A stretch of 64,000 nt of DNA from Candidatus Latescibacterota bacterium (GTDB lineage Bacteria > Latescibacterota > UBA2968), in assembly GCA_965205975.1 (NCBI GenBank), contig OZ242195.1, positions 3,936,001 through 4,000,000 of the forward strand. The letters are read 5' to 3'. A program made the translations under genes and the position numbers. The notes under the pieces were generated by a model. It made no database searches, was not told the origin of the DNA, and was given only the letters and a program-made list of their open reading frames with translations. Positions within the stretch are counted from its first letter, which is position 1. Every line of letters starts with the position of its first letter. Shown one piece after another: positions 30,811 to 39,457 of this stretch.

Positions 30811-31737
30811 ATGGACCTCAGCCTCGTCATACCCCTGCTCAACGAAGAAGAAAGCCTGCGCCCACTCATGGAACAAATCCGCGGCGTACTCTCTACCCAG
30901 AACCGCACCTACGAAGTCATCTTCATCGACGATGGTAGCACCGATGGGTCAATCACCGTATTGGAAGACCTGCACAACACCTATCCCGAAGTCAAAGTCA
31001 TCCAATTCCGACGCAACTTTGGCAAAGCCGCGGCTTATACCGCCGGATTTCAACGCGCACGCGGCACGTATATCATCACCATGGACGCCGACCTGCAAGA
31101 CGACCCCGCAGAAATCCCCAACCTCCTATCCAAAATCGAAGAAGGCTATGACCTCGTCTCCGGATGGAAGAAAAAACGCTTTGATCCCCTGGGCAAAACC
31201 CTCCCCTCCAAATTCTTCAACTGGGTCACGGGCTTTGTATCGGGCATTGACATACACGACTTTAACTGCGGCCTCAAAATCTATCGCAGCGAAGTCACAA
31301 AAGACTTATGCGTACTCGGCGAACTCCACCGCTACATCCCCGTACTCGCCCACCTGGAAGGGTATCGCATCGGTGAAATCCCCGTCCAGCATCACCCGCG
31401 ACAATACGGCGTAACCAAATACGGCTGGGGACGCCTGTTCAAAGGCTTTTTTGACCTCCTCACCGTCATGTACATCGGCAAATACATGGGCCGTCCCCTT
31501 CACCTCTTTGGCACAGTGGGCCTCATCTTTGGCATCACGGGCATGCTCGTCAACGCATATATCGCATCCCTCTGGTTCCAAACCGGCACCATTCAATACC
31601 GGTATCCCCTGCTCATGCTCGGGGTCTTCCTCACCGTACTCGGCGTACAATTCATCTGCACGGGCCTCCTCGCCGACATGTTGACCCGGGGTCCCCAGCC
31701 CAGTGAAAAATTCAACATTCGAAAAATTTTGGAATAA
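30811..31737 (+). CDS. GT2 polyprenol-phosphate glycosyltransferase (ArnC/GtrB-like)
   Basis: VIPLLNEEE, IDDGSTD, RNFGKA, MDADLQDDP, HDFNCGLK; two C-terminal TMs. Confidence 0.92.
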   Translation: MDLSLVIPLLNEEESLRPLMEQIRGVLSTQNRTYEVIFIDDGSTDGSITVLEDLHNTYPEVKVIQFRRNFGKAAAYTAGFQRARGTYIITMDADLQDDPAEIPNLLSKIEEGYDLVSGWKKKRFDPLGKTLPSKFFNWVTGFVSGIDIHDFNCGLKIYRSEVTKDLCVLGELHRYIPVLAHLEGYRIGEIPVQHHPRQYGVTKYGWGRLFKGFFDLLTVMYIGKYMGRPLHLFGTVGLIFGITGMLVNAYIASLWFQTGTIQYRYPLLMLGVFLTVLGVQFICTGLLADMLTRGPQPSEKFNIRKILE

Positions 31738-32862
31738 ATGACCACCAAAAACATCCTCGTCACCGGCGGCATGGGATTTGTAGGCTCCTACCTCGTCGAT
31801 GAACTCGTACAGCGCGGACACCGCGTCCGCATCTTTGACAACCTGGACCCTCAGGTACACCCCAACCGCGAATTGCCGGACTACGCCAACCCCCATGCCG
31901 AATTTATCCAGGCCGACATCCGCGATCGCGACGCCTTAAAAAAAGCCCTTCACGGCATTGAAATCATCTTCCACAAAGCCGCCGCCGTTGGCGTGGGACA
32001 ATCGCAATACGAAATCAAAAAGTACGTTGACATCAACACCGGTGGCACCGCAAACCTGCTCGACATCCTCGTCAACGACAAACACAACATAGAAAAACTC
32101 ATCGTCGCAGCCTCGCAAACCAGCTATGGCGAGGGCCGCTACACCTGTGCAGAACACGGCACACAACACCCGGGTCCCCGGCCAGAAAACCAGCTAAAAA
32201 GAGCCAACTGGGAACACAGGTGTCCCCTGTGCAACCAGAACATGCACCCGGCACCTGTACCCGAAAACACCGCACGCTTATGCCACACCATCTACGCACA
32301 AACCAAAACGCATCAAGAAGACATGGTCCTCAACATCTGCCGCGCCTACAAAATCCCCTCAATAGCCCTGCGCTACTTCAACATCTTTGGACCCCGGCAA
32401 TCGCTCTCCAATCCCTATACGGGTGTCACTGCCATCTTCATGAGCCGCCTCAAAAACAACAAACGACCCGTCATCTACGAAGACGGCAAACAATCGCGCG
32501 ACTTCATCTCCGTCCACGACATCGTAAGGGCCAACATCCTCGCCATGGAAAAATCCGAAGGAGATTATCAGGCCTTCAACGTCGGCAGCGGAATCGGCAC
32601 ATCCATCGAACACATCGCCCTGACCCTGTCCAACATCCTGGGCACGGAACACCTCGCGCCCGACATCCCCGGCACCTATCGCCAGGGCGACACCCGCCAC
32701 AGCATTGCCGACATCTCGCGCATAAAAAAAACACTGGGCTTTGTGCCCAGTGTCAGTTTTCAACACGGCATGGAAGAACTCGTCGAATGGGGACGAAACC
32801 GCGAAGCCATAGATGGCTTTGCAAAAGCGCAAGACGCACTACAGCAAAGAGGTCTCATTTAA
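31738..32862 (+). CDS. NAD-dependent sugar-nucleotide epimerase (WbiB-like)
   Basis: TGGMGFVG, YAQTK, LRYFNIFGPRQSLSNPYTGV, EDGKQSRDF. Confidence 0.88.
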   Translation: MTTKNILVTGGMGFVGSYLVDELVQRGHRVRIFDNLDPQVHPNRELPDYANPHAEFIQADIRDRDALKKALHGIEIIFHKAAAVGVGQSQYEIKKYVDINTGGTANLLDILVNDKHNIEKLIVAASQTSYGEGRYTCAEHGTQHPGPRPENQLKRANWEHRCPLCNQNMHPAPVPENTARLCHTIYAQTKTHQEDMVLNICRAYKIPSIALRYFNIFGPRQSLSNPYTGVTAIFMSRLKNNKRPVIYEDGKQSRDFISVHDIVRANILAMEKSEGDYQAFNVGSGIGTSIEHIALTLSNILGTEHLAPDIPGTYRQGDTRHSIADISRIKKTLGFVPSVSFQHGMEELVEWGRNREAIDGFAKAQDALQQRGLI

Positions 32863-33020
32863 GCCAGAACAAATTCACGAGTGGAAACCCGTTCCCGTGT
32901 CTCGTGATCCCAGCGCAGCATTGACCGAATTTTTTCAGACCGGTCAACATCACCGTGAATCGCATAAAACAGCGCGCGATACGCCATTTGGTCGCGTTTT
33001 TCCAGATCGATGCACATCAT
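32859..33020 (-). CDS. 53-aa hypothetical protein absent from the ORF track
   Basis: AAGGAGA RBS then ATG; MMCIDLEKRDQMAYRALFYAIHGDVDRSEKIRSMLRWDHETRERVSTREFVLA; stop overlaps the epimerase stop (TTAA). Confidence 0.6.
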   Translation of the reverse strand: MMCIDLEKRDQMAYRALFYAIHGDVDRSEKIRSMLRWDHETRERVSTREFVLA

Positions 33021-33269
33021 GTCATATCTCCTTCTATGGGTGACAGTATTTCGGTATCTTCAGGTATCTTTATCTAAAGCAAATCCCGTGCCACTTTTAC
33101 TATTTTTTATAATATTTTATTTAATACCTGATTTTACAGAACTTATCTCGAAACGTTCATATCTAACTAAAAAATTCATGTGGCAAAAATGGAACATTAT
33201 GGTCAAAATGACCACCTGTAACCCAACAAATTGGCACATTTTTTCTATTCTCTTCAGGAGTAATCCTTC

Positions 33270-34559
33270 ATGCTCGACATCAACCTCATTCGCAAAAACC
33301 CCGAATACGTCATCCAGGCATTGAAAAAACGCATGGACGACATCGACTTCACAGACCTGCTCGTCTGGGACGAAAAACGCCGCGCGCACATCGCAGAAGC
33401 CGGGCAACTCCGCGCAAAGCGCAACAGCGTCTCCGCCCAAATCCCCCAGATAAAAAAAGCGGGTGGAGACATCGCCCAGATACAAACGGAAATGCGCGAC
33501 GTCTCGACCCGCATCAAAACCATTGAAACCGAACTCGCGGAAATCGAGCAAAACATCCATACATTTATCGAAAGCCTCCCAAACATACCCGCAGACGACG
33601 TACCCCCCGGAGACAAAGAAAACAACCGCGTCGTACGCACATGGGGCGAAAAACCCGAACCCGACTTTGACCCCCAGGACCACGTCGAACTCGTCACCCA
33701 CCTTCGCCTGATCGACTACGAACGCGGCGTCAAAATGGGAGGAACCGGCTTCTGGATCTATATCGGCGACGGCGCACGCCTCGAATGGGCCTTGCTCAAC
33801 TACTTCATCGACAGCCACATCAACGACGGCTACGAATTTGTACTGCCCCCACACATCCTCAACGAAGCCTGTGGCTTTACCGCCGGACAATTCCCAAAAT
33901 TTGCCGACGACGTATTCCACCTCAAAACCGGCGACGACAAAGTGCAATTCCTCTTGCCCACCTCAGAAACCGCCTTAATCAACCTCTACCGGGACGAAAT
34001 CATCCCCGAACAAGACCTGCCCAAAAAATTCTTCTCCTACACCCCCTGTTATCGCAAAGAAGCCGGCAGTTATCGGGCACAGGAAAGGGGCATGATTCGC
34101 GGTCACCAATTCAACAAAATCGAAATGTTCCAATTCACCCGCCCCGAAGACTCCGAAGACGCGCTCGAAGAACTCATCCACAAAGCCGAAAAACTCACCC
34201 GGGACCTGGGCCTGCATCACCGCGTCTCCATGCTCGCCGCAAAAGACGTCAGCGCATCCATGGCCAAAACTTATGACATCGAAGTCTGGATCCCGAGCAT
34301 GAACGAATACAAAGAAGTCAGTTCCGCCTCCAATGCCAGCGACTATCAGGCCAGACGCGGCAGCATCCGATTCAAACGCGCAGAAACCGGCAAAAACGAA
34401 CTCGTACACACCCTCAACGCCTCGGGCCTGGCGACCAGCCGCATCATCCCCGCAATCGTCGAACAAAATCAAAACAGTGACGGCAGCGTCACCATCCCCG
34501 AAATCCTGCGCCCCTATCTGGGGGGAAAAGAAATTTTTGAACCCGTCCTATCCACATAA
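33270..34559 (+). CDS. serS: Serine--tRNA ligase
   Basis: MLDINLIR, coiled-coil arm, LPTSE, CYRKEAG..RGMIRGHQFNKIE, EVSSASN, HTLNASGLA. Confidence 0.97.
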   Translation: MLDINLIRKNPEYVIQALKKRMDDIDFTDLLVWDEKRRAHIAEAGQLRAKRNSVSAQIPQIKKAGGDIAQIQTEMRDVSTRIKTIETELAEIEQNIHTFIESLPNIPADDVPPGDKENNRVVRTWGEKPEPDFDPQDHVELVTHLRLIDYERGVKMGGTGFWIYIGDGARLEWALLNYFIDSHINDGYEFVLPPHILNEACGFTAGQFPKFADDVFHLKTGDDKVQFLLPTSETALINLYRDEIIPEQDLPKKFFSYTPCYRKEAGSYRAQERGMIRGHQFNKIEMFQFTRPEDSEDALEELIHKAEKLTRDLGLHHRVSMLAAKDVSASMAKTYDIEVWIPSMNEYKEVSSASNASDYQARRGSIRFKRAETGKNELVHTLNASGLATSRIIPAIVEQNQNSDGSVTIPEILRPYLGGKEIFEPVLST

Positions 34560-34560
34560 A

Positions 34561-34602
34561 CAAAGCCCGCCGGAAAAACCGACGGTTTATTATTCTGGTA
34601 GC
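34561..34602. repeat. Copy 1 of tRNA-Met 3' end plus terminator repeat
   Basis: CGCCGGAAAAACCGAC core at 34568-34583 followed by TTATTATTCTGGTAGC (reverse complement contains GCTACCA). Confidence 0.8.
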
Positions 34603-34616
34603 CCAACTGATCCACT

Positions 34617-35038
34617 ATGCAAAAAATGCTTAAAGGCTTGCATAAAAATGGAGTAACGCCAGTGTTTTCATTTTTCAAGCACATCATCTTTTTTTTCTCG
34701 GTGTGCTTTTTCTTTTTTAATTCTGTAACGTATGTACAGGCGCAGAACAATAATACGCCTAATCTTACGATACAAGAGTTAGTTATACGCCGCCTGGACA
34801 GCCTATAGGTGATCCCATTTCAGCGAGGAGTGCCGAAGGTGAAACTCTCATGTATAGCCTGTGGGGTGTGGATGCCGAGTATTTTGCGATTGATGCGAAC
34901 ACAGGCCAGCTTGAGACGAAAGCGGCGCATAATTACGAGGCCCGGAACTGGTATTCTCCCATCGTGCGGGTCGGTGATGGCAAGGGTGGACAGGTGAGTG
35001 TGGTGGTAGGTGTTGCTATCATTGATGTTGTCGAATAG
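34617..35038 (+). pseudogene. Frameshifted secreted single-cadherin-domain gene
   Basis: Signal-peptide frame ends ..LVIRRLDSL*; another frame reads TPPGQPIGDPISA..LMYSLWG.DA..FAIDANTGQLETKAAHNYE..V.DGKGG..IIDVVE. Confidence 0.7.
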
Positions 35039-35070
35039 ACACAGCAGGATATAGCAGGTAGAGTACAAAC

Positions 35071-35110
35071 AAAAGCCTCGCCGGAAAAACCGACAGGCTT
35101 TTTAGGTAGC
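35071..35110. repeat. Copy 2 of tRNA-Met 3' end plus terminator repeat
   Basis: Same 16-bp core at 35079-35094, followed by TTTTTAGGTAGC. Confidence 0.75.
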
Positions 35111-35124
35111 AATGTGGCCTATTG

Positions 35125-35385
35125 CTAAATCATTTCAAACGCTAACTTTGGGCGATAGCCAAGAGCTTCCAACATTGACCTGGCCTCTTCCCACGTCAAG
35201 CCGAAAGCAGCAACATCTGACACGCCCAACCTTGCAACAATATCTCGCATCAAAACCAAATTATCGGCCTCAAACTCGCCTTCCATCATCACATCCTCTG
35301 CCCAGGACACAAGCGATTCAAGGGCGATTTGTCCATTCAGATAACGTTTTAGATGATCAGCTAACACATCGCGCGTAATTTTCAT
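35125..35385 (-). CDS. 86-aa acidic helical protein, immunity/antitoxin-like
   Basis: ITR..L...L..YL.G.I..E.LV.WAE..MMEGE; ATGA overlap with upstream ORF. Confidence 0.6.
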   Translation of the reverse strand: MKITRDVLADHLKRYLNGQIALESLVSWAEDVMMEGEFEADNLVLMRDIVARLGVSDVAAFGLTWEEARSMLEALGYRPKLAFEMI

Positions 35386-35639
35386 GGTCTATCCTCTAAA
35401 CGTTGATGTCCCGTATCTTCCGGAAACTTTTGATGAATTTCAACCAGCTTTCCATGTTCATCATAAATTTCCTGCCAAAAACGTACCGTTTCCTCTTCCA
35501 CATTCACATCTTTGATATATCGAGCTTTCCAACCACCCCTTCGACTTAAAACTTCATAAAAATAACGCCGCCCACCGTCTGGCAACGATTCCCACTGACC
35601 AAACTTGCGTTCATTTTCCCGTCGCTTTCGTTCATTCAT
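35382..35639 (-). CDS. 85-aa protein, putative small toxin
   Basis: GGRRY..EV..R.GWKARYIK.V..EE.T.RFWQEIYD..G.LVEIHQKFP.DTGH; start set at ATG 35639. Confidence 0.6.
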   Translation of the reverse strand: MNERKRRENERKFGQWESLPDGGRRYFYEVLSRRGGWKARYIKDVNVEEETVRFWQEIYDEHGKLVEIHQKFPEDTGHQRLEDRP

Positions 35640-35720
35640 AAAAAGAATATGGTCTAAAAATGTCAACTAATCAAGCCAATAAGTAGGATACCCCTGGTTG
35701 GATGAACAGGCTTTTATACC

Positions 35721-35752
35721 AAAAACCCGCCGGAAAAACCGACGGGCTTTCT
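35721..35752 (-). terminator. tRNA-Met intrinsic terminator (copy 3 of the repeat)
   Basis: Minus strand GCCCGTCGG-TTTTT-CCGGCGGGT followed by T-run. Confidence 0.8.
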
Positions 35753-35760
35753 TATTATTG

Positions 35761-35836
35761 TAGTAGCGGCAGAGGGACTCGAACCCCCGACCCATGGATT
35801 ATGATTCCACTGCTCTACCAGCTGAGCTATGCCGCC
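35761..35836 (-). tRNA. tRNA-Met (CAT), probably elongator; 3' end reads CTA rather than CCA
   Basis: GGCGGCATAGCTCAGCTGGTAGAGC..GTGGA-ATCATAA-TCCAT..GGTTCGAGTCC..TGCCGCTA cloverleaf. Confidence 0.92.
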
Positions 35837-35855
35837 ACATAATATCAGAGCGAGA

Positions 35856-35884
35856 AAAATACAGGAAAACCCGCATAGTGTCAA
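35856..35884 (-). promoter_or_regulatory. Sigma70-type promoter of tRNA-Met
   Basis: TTGACA-17 nt-TATTTT on the minus strand. Confidence 0.6.
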
Positions 35885-36096
35885 GCATTGGGAAAACAAG
35901 CTATCAGCGGTCAGCGGTCAGTCCCGCCCTGCCACCACCCAATGGATCGCGGCTTACACCTTGCAGCGATGACGGTGTTCCTCTGTGAACTGGTCTGCAA
36001 CCTATCCCCCTTACCACGCATCAAACCTCAAAACCATTGACAACCACCTCAATATAAGGTATTCATGGAATAATATATACATGGAGGCCCTTATTG

Positions 36097-37431
36097 ATGA
36101 AACCCGTATTCACATTCCTCGTACTCCTTCTGGGACTCGGTTTGCCCACCCGGGCAGAAGAAGTACACGTCGCCAAAATCAACGGCACCATTGAAGGTGG
36201 CGTTGCAGCTTTTGTCACGCGCGTCATGAGCGACGCAGAAGACGCGGGCGTCAAAGCCGTCATCTTCGAAATCGACACCCCCGGTGGTGCCCTCGATGCC
36301 GCGCTCACCATCCGGGACGCCATCCTCTACAGCGAGACCAAAACCATCGCCTTCATCAACCCCCGCGCAATATCTGCAGGTGCTCTCATCTCTCTCTCTG
36401 CCGACCACATCATCATGGTCGAAGGCGGCACCATTGGCGCGGCCACAGCCGTTGATATGCAGGGCAACAAAGCCAGCGAAAAAATCATCTCGTACTTCCG
36501 CAACGAAATGAAAGCCACAGCCGAAAAAACCGGGCGCTCCCCCAAACTGGCCGAAGCCATGGTCGATGAAGACGTCGATATCGAGGGCCTGGCGCCCAAA
36601 GGCAAGCTCCTCACCCTCACCACTGAAGAAGCCATTGAACAAAACATCGCCGACCACAAAATCTCCGAAAAAAACGAATCGGAAAAACTCATCGCCGTAC
36701 TCAAATACTACGACCTCGTGCAAGCCAGCGTCATCCACCAATCGACCAACTGGGCCGAACAAGTCGTGCGCTATCTCACCAACCCCTACCTGGCGTCGCT
36801 GCTCATGACCCTGGGATTTCTGGGCCTGATCTTCGAAATCCAGAGCCCGGGCTGGGGCATCGGCGGCACCATCGGCTTAGTCTGCCTGGGACTCTTTTTC
36901 GGCAGCCACCTGCTCGTCAACCTCGCTGACTGGTCTGAAATCCTCATCTTCCTGATCGGCATCGCGCTCATCCTCCTCGACCTGTTCTTTGTCATGGGCT
37001 TTGGCCTGCTCGCCATTCCCGGCGCAATCCTGATCTTAACCAGTTTGTTCTTAAGCCTCATGGGGCGCTATGACCTCTGGACCTGGAACGACATCAACGC
37101 CGCGCTCACCCCCTTGCTCCTCTCTGTGATCCTCACCGGTGTCCTGGCCATTCTCATTTTGCGTTCCCTCCCAAAATCCAAAATGTGGAACCGCCTCGTA
37201 CTCGACACCGAAGAAAAATCCTCCGAAGGATATGTCGCGGCACCCTACAGCGACCTCTTAGGCACATCGGGTATCGCATTTACAGACCTGCGCCCCGGCG
37301 GCACCGGCGTATTTGACGGTCGCCGCATCAGCGTATCGACCGAAGGCGAATACTTAACCAAAGACACACCCGTCACAATCATCGAAATCGAAGGCAGTCG
37401 CGTCATTGTGCGAAAAATAGAAGACACATAA
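36097..37431 (+). CDS. nfeD: Long NfeD-family membrane-bound serine protease (YqeZ-like)
   Basis: IDTPGG, AISAGALISL, GAAT, KLLTLT, TM region, C-terminal OB fold DLRPGG. Confidence 0.9.
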   Translation: MKPVFTFLVLLLGLGLPTRAEEVHVAKINGTIEGGVAAFVTRVMSDAEDAGVKAVIFEIDTPGGALDAALTIRDAILYSETKTIAFINPRAISAGALISLSADHIIMVEGGTIGAATAVDMQGNKASEKIISYFRNEMKATAEKTGRSPKLAEAMVDEDVDIEGLAPKGKLLTLTTEEAIEQNIADHKISEKNESEKLIAVLKYYDLVQASVIHQSTNWAEQVVRYLTNPYLASLLMTLGFLGLIFEIQSPGWGIGGTIGLVCLGLFFGSHLLVNLADWSEILIFLIGIALILLDLFFVMGFGLLAIPGAILILTSLFLSLMGRYDLWTWNDINAALTPLLLSVILTGVLAILILRSLPKSKMWNRLVLDTEEKSSEGYVAAPYSDLLGTSGIAFTDLRPGGTGVFDGRRISVSTEGEYLTKDTPVTIIEIEGSRVIVRKIEDT

Positions 37432-37458
37432 GACCGACCATTTTTTAAGGAGCTTTTC

Positions 37459-38442
37459 ATGGACGCCATTTTTCTCCTCCTCATTGTTGTAGCCGTTATT
37501 CTGGGGCTCTCCCTCTTCTTATACTTCATCCCCGTTGGCCTCTGGATCTCCGCCCTTGCCGCGCGCGTGCGCATCGGCATTATCGAACTCATCGGCATGC
37601 GCCTGCGTCGCGTGCCCCCGCGCATCATCCTCGGCTCGCAAATCAACGCAACCAAAGCGGGTCTCGACATACCCACTGCATTTCTCGAAGCCCACTACCT
37701 CGCCGGGGGTCATGTCGAAAACGTCGTCAACGCCCTCATCGCCGCAGACAAAGCCGGCATTGGACTGACCGGCGAACGCGCCGCCGCCATCGACCTTGCC
37801 GGGCGCGACGTCCTCGAAGCCGTACAGGTCAGCGTCAACCCCAAAGTCATCTCCACCCCCATGGTCACCGCCGTTGCCAAAGACGGCATACAGGTCAAAG
37901 CCACCTCTCGCGTCACGGTTCGCGCCAACATAGAACGCCTCGTTGGTGGCGCAGGTGAAGAAACCATCATGGCCCGCGTGGGCGAAGGCATCGTCACCAC
38001 CATCGGCTCCTCGGAAACCCACAAAGACGTACTCGAAAATCCCGACATGATCTCCAAAACCGTACTCGACAAGGGCCTCGACTCGGGCACCGCCTACGAA
38101 ATTCTCTCCATCGACATCGCCGACGTCGATGTGGGCGACAACATCGGTGCAAAACTCCAGACAGACCAGGCTGAAGCCGACAAAAACATCGCACAGGCAC
38201 GCGCCGAAGAACGCAGAGCAATGGCCGTTGCACTAGAACAAGAAATGGCAGCCCGCGTCGAAGAAATGCGCGCCCGCGTCGTCGAAGCCGAAGCCGAAGT
38301 ACCCCTCGCAATGTCCGACGCATTTCGCAGTGGCAACATGGGCATTATGGACTACTACCGCATGCGCAACATCGAAGCCGACACACAAATGCGCGAAGGC
38401 ATCGCTGGTGAAACCGAAGAAGACGAAGACAACAACCAATAA
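37459..38442 (+). CDS. floA: Flotillin-like protein FloA (YqfA)
   Basis: [44 protein letters not shown]; follows nfeD. Confidence 0.95.
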   Translation: MDAIFLLLIVVAVILGLSLFLYFIPVGLWISALAARVRIGIIELIGMRLRRVPPRIILGSQINATKAGLDIPTAFLEAHYLAGGHVENVVNALIAADKAGIGLTGERAAAIDLAGRDVLEAVQVSVNPKVISTPMVTAVAKDGIQVKATSRVTVRANIERLVGGAGEETIMARVGEGIVTTIGSSETHKDVLENPDMISKTVLDKGLDSGTAYEILSIDIADVDVGDNIGAKLQTDQAEADKNIAQARAEERRAMAVALEQEMAARVEEMRARVVEAEAEVPLAMSDAFRSGNMGIMDYYRMRNIEADTQMREGIAGETEEDEDNNQ

Positions 38443-38443
38443 A

Positions 38444-38541
38444 GGGACGGCACAGGGCCTGCCCCGTAATGTCTCTATACGGGGACCGTCCCCTACGATG
38501 ATATTGTGACTTGTACGGGCGACCCTTGTGGTCGCCCGTAC
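38444..38541. repeat. Two REP-like palindromes
   Basis: GGGACGG..[nested CCTGCCCCGTA..TACGGGG]..CCGTCCCCTAC and GTACGGGCGACC-CTTGT-GGTCGCCCGTAC. Confidence 0.75.
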
Positions 38542-38570
38542 CATAACCCCATAACAAATGGTCTTACATC

Positions 38571-39137
38571 ATGGAACTTGAAGTACTCTTACCGCTAATC
38601 GTGTTTCTCTTCTTCAGCCTTATCGCGCCGCTCATAAAAAGGCTGCGGGGGACCAGAGAACCCGACGAAACCAAACTCCAGCGCAGGCAAACGTCCCGCG
38701 ACGCAGGTGCCGACGACCCCTTTGAAGAGGAGTTTGACCTCTCTGAATGGGAAGTCATCTTCGGACCTCCCGAACCTGAACCCGAACCAAAACCCCCTTC
38801 GGAATTTCAGGAGGTACAGGGCAAGCGTCCCGTCTCTGAAGCAGACACCGGACCAGAGTTTCGGGAAGTTGAAGGCAAGCGTCCCGTTTCCGAAGCAGAC
38901 ACCGGACCGGAATTTCAAGAGGTTGAAGGCAAGCGTCCGGTCTCTGACAAATCGTCTTACATCGAAGGCAAAACCCTATTTACACGCGCATCTGAAACCG
39001 AAATACTCCTGCGCCCCAAACGCAAAAAACGACGCATAAAACTCGATTTTGAACCCAACACCATCCGCAAAGCCATCATCTACAACGAAATCATCGGACC
39101 GCCACGCGCAGAAACTGATCACTTCAAAAACCCTTGA
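38571..39137 (+). CDS. Membrane-anchored hypothetical protein at the yqfB-like position, with 18-aa repeats
   Basis: N-terminal TM; EF(Q/R)EV(Q/E)GKRPVSEADTGP x2.7 (54-bp units from 38802); C-terminal IRKAIIYNEIIGPPRA. Confidence 0.75.
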   Translation: MELEVLLPLIVFLFFSLIAPLIKRLRGTREPDETKLQRRQTSRDAGADDPFEEEFDLSEWEVIFGPPEPEPEPKPPSEFQEVQGKRPVSEADTGPEFREVEGKRPVSEADTGPEFQEVEGKRPVSDKSSYIEGKTLFTRASETEILLRPKRKKRRIKLDFEPNTIRKAIIYNEIIGPPRAETDHFKNP

Positions 39138-39181
39138 CACGCAATCCCGCGTTTGGGATATTGTTGGCCACGGCTACAAGT

Positions 39182-39268
39182 GCCGAAGTGGTGGAATTGG
39201 TAGACGCGCTGGACTCAAAATCCAGTGGCCGCAAGGCCGTGTGGGTTCGAGTCCCACCTTCGGCACCA
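39182..39268 (+). tRNA. tRNA-Leu (CAA)
   Basis: GCCGAAGTGGTGGAATTGGTAGAC..CTGGA-CTCAAAA-TCCAG, long variable arm, GGTTCGAGTCC..CACCA; TTGACA-17-GATATT upstream. Confidence 0.97.
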
Positions 39269-39280
39269 TAAAAACACAAG

Positions 39281-39313
39281 GGCTTACGTCGGAATGGCGT
39301 AAGCCCATTTTTT
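39281..39313 (+). terminator. Intrinsic terminator after tRNA-Leu
   Basis: GGGCTTACG..CGTAAGCCC plus T-run. Confidence 0.75.
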
Positions 39314-39327
39314 AATTCAAATGCAAC

Positions 39328-39353
39328 CACAGATGAACACAGATGAACACAGA
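39328..39353. repeat. 10-bp tandem repeat
   Basis: CACAGATGAA x2.6; related to the ATCTGCG/CAGATG arrays at 11041 and 52501. Confidence 0.75.
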
Positions 39354-39457
39354 GTAAACGGCTCACAGGTAGCGATCAGCTAACTGCTCGTATCGAGGCT
39401 GTGCCTGTGCTGAAGTGACTGTATTCAGTAATGCCTCTCTTACAGGTCTAAATAGCC

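Noticed and set aside
34561..35760. CRISPR array
   Set aside because: Only three degenerate copies 500-650 bp apart; no cas genes
35761..35836. Initiator tRNA-fMet or tRNA-Ile2
   Set aside because: Lacks the three consecutive G-C anticodon-stem pairs and C1 mismatch of initiators; resembles elongator Met, though Ile2 needs tRNAscan-SE to exclude
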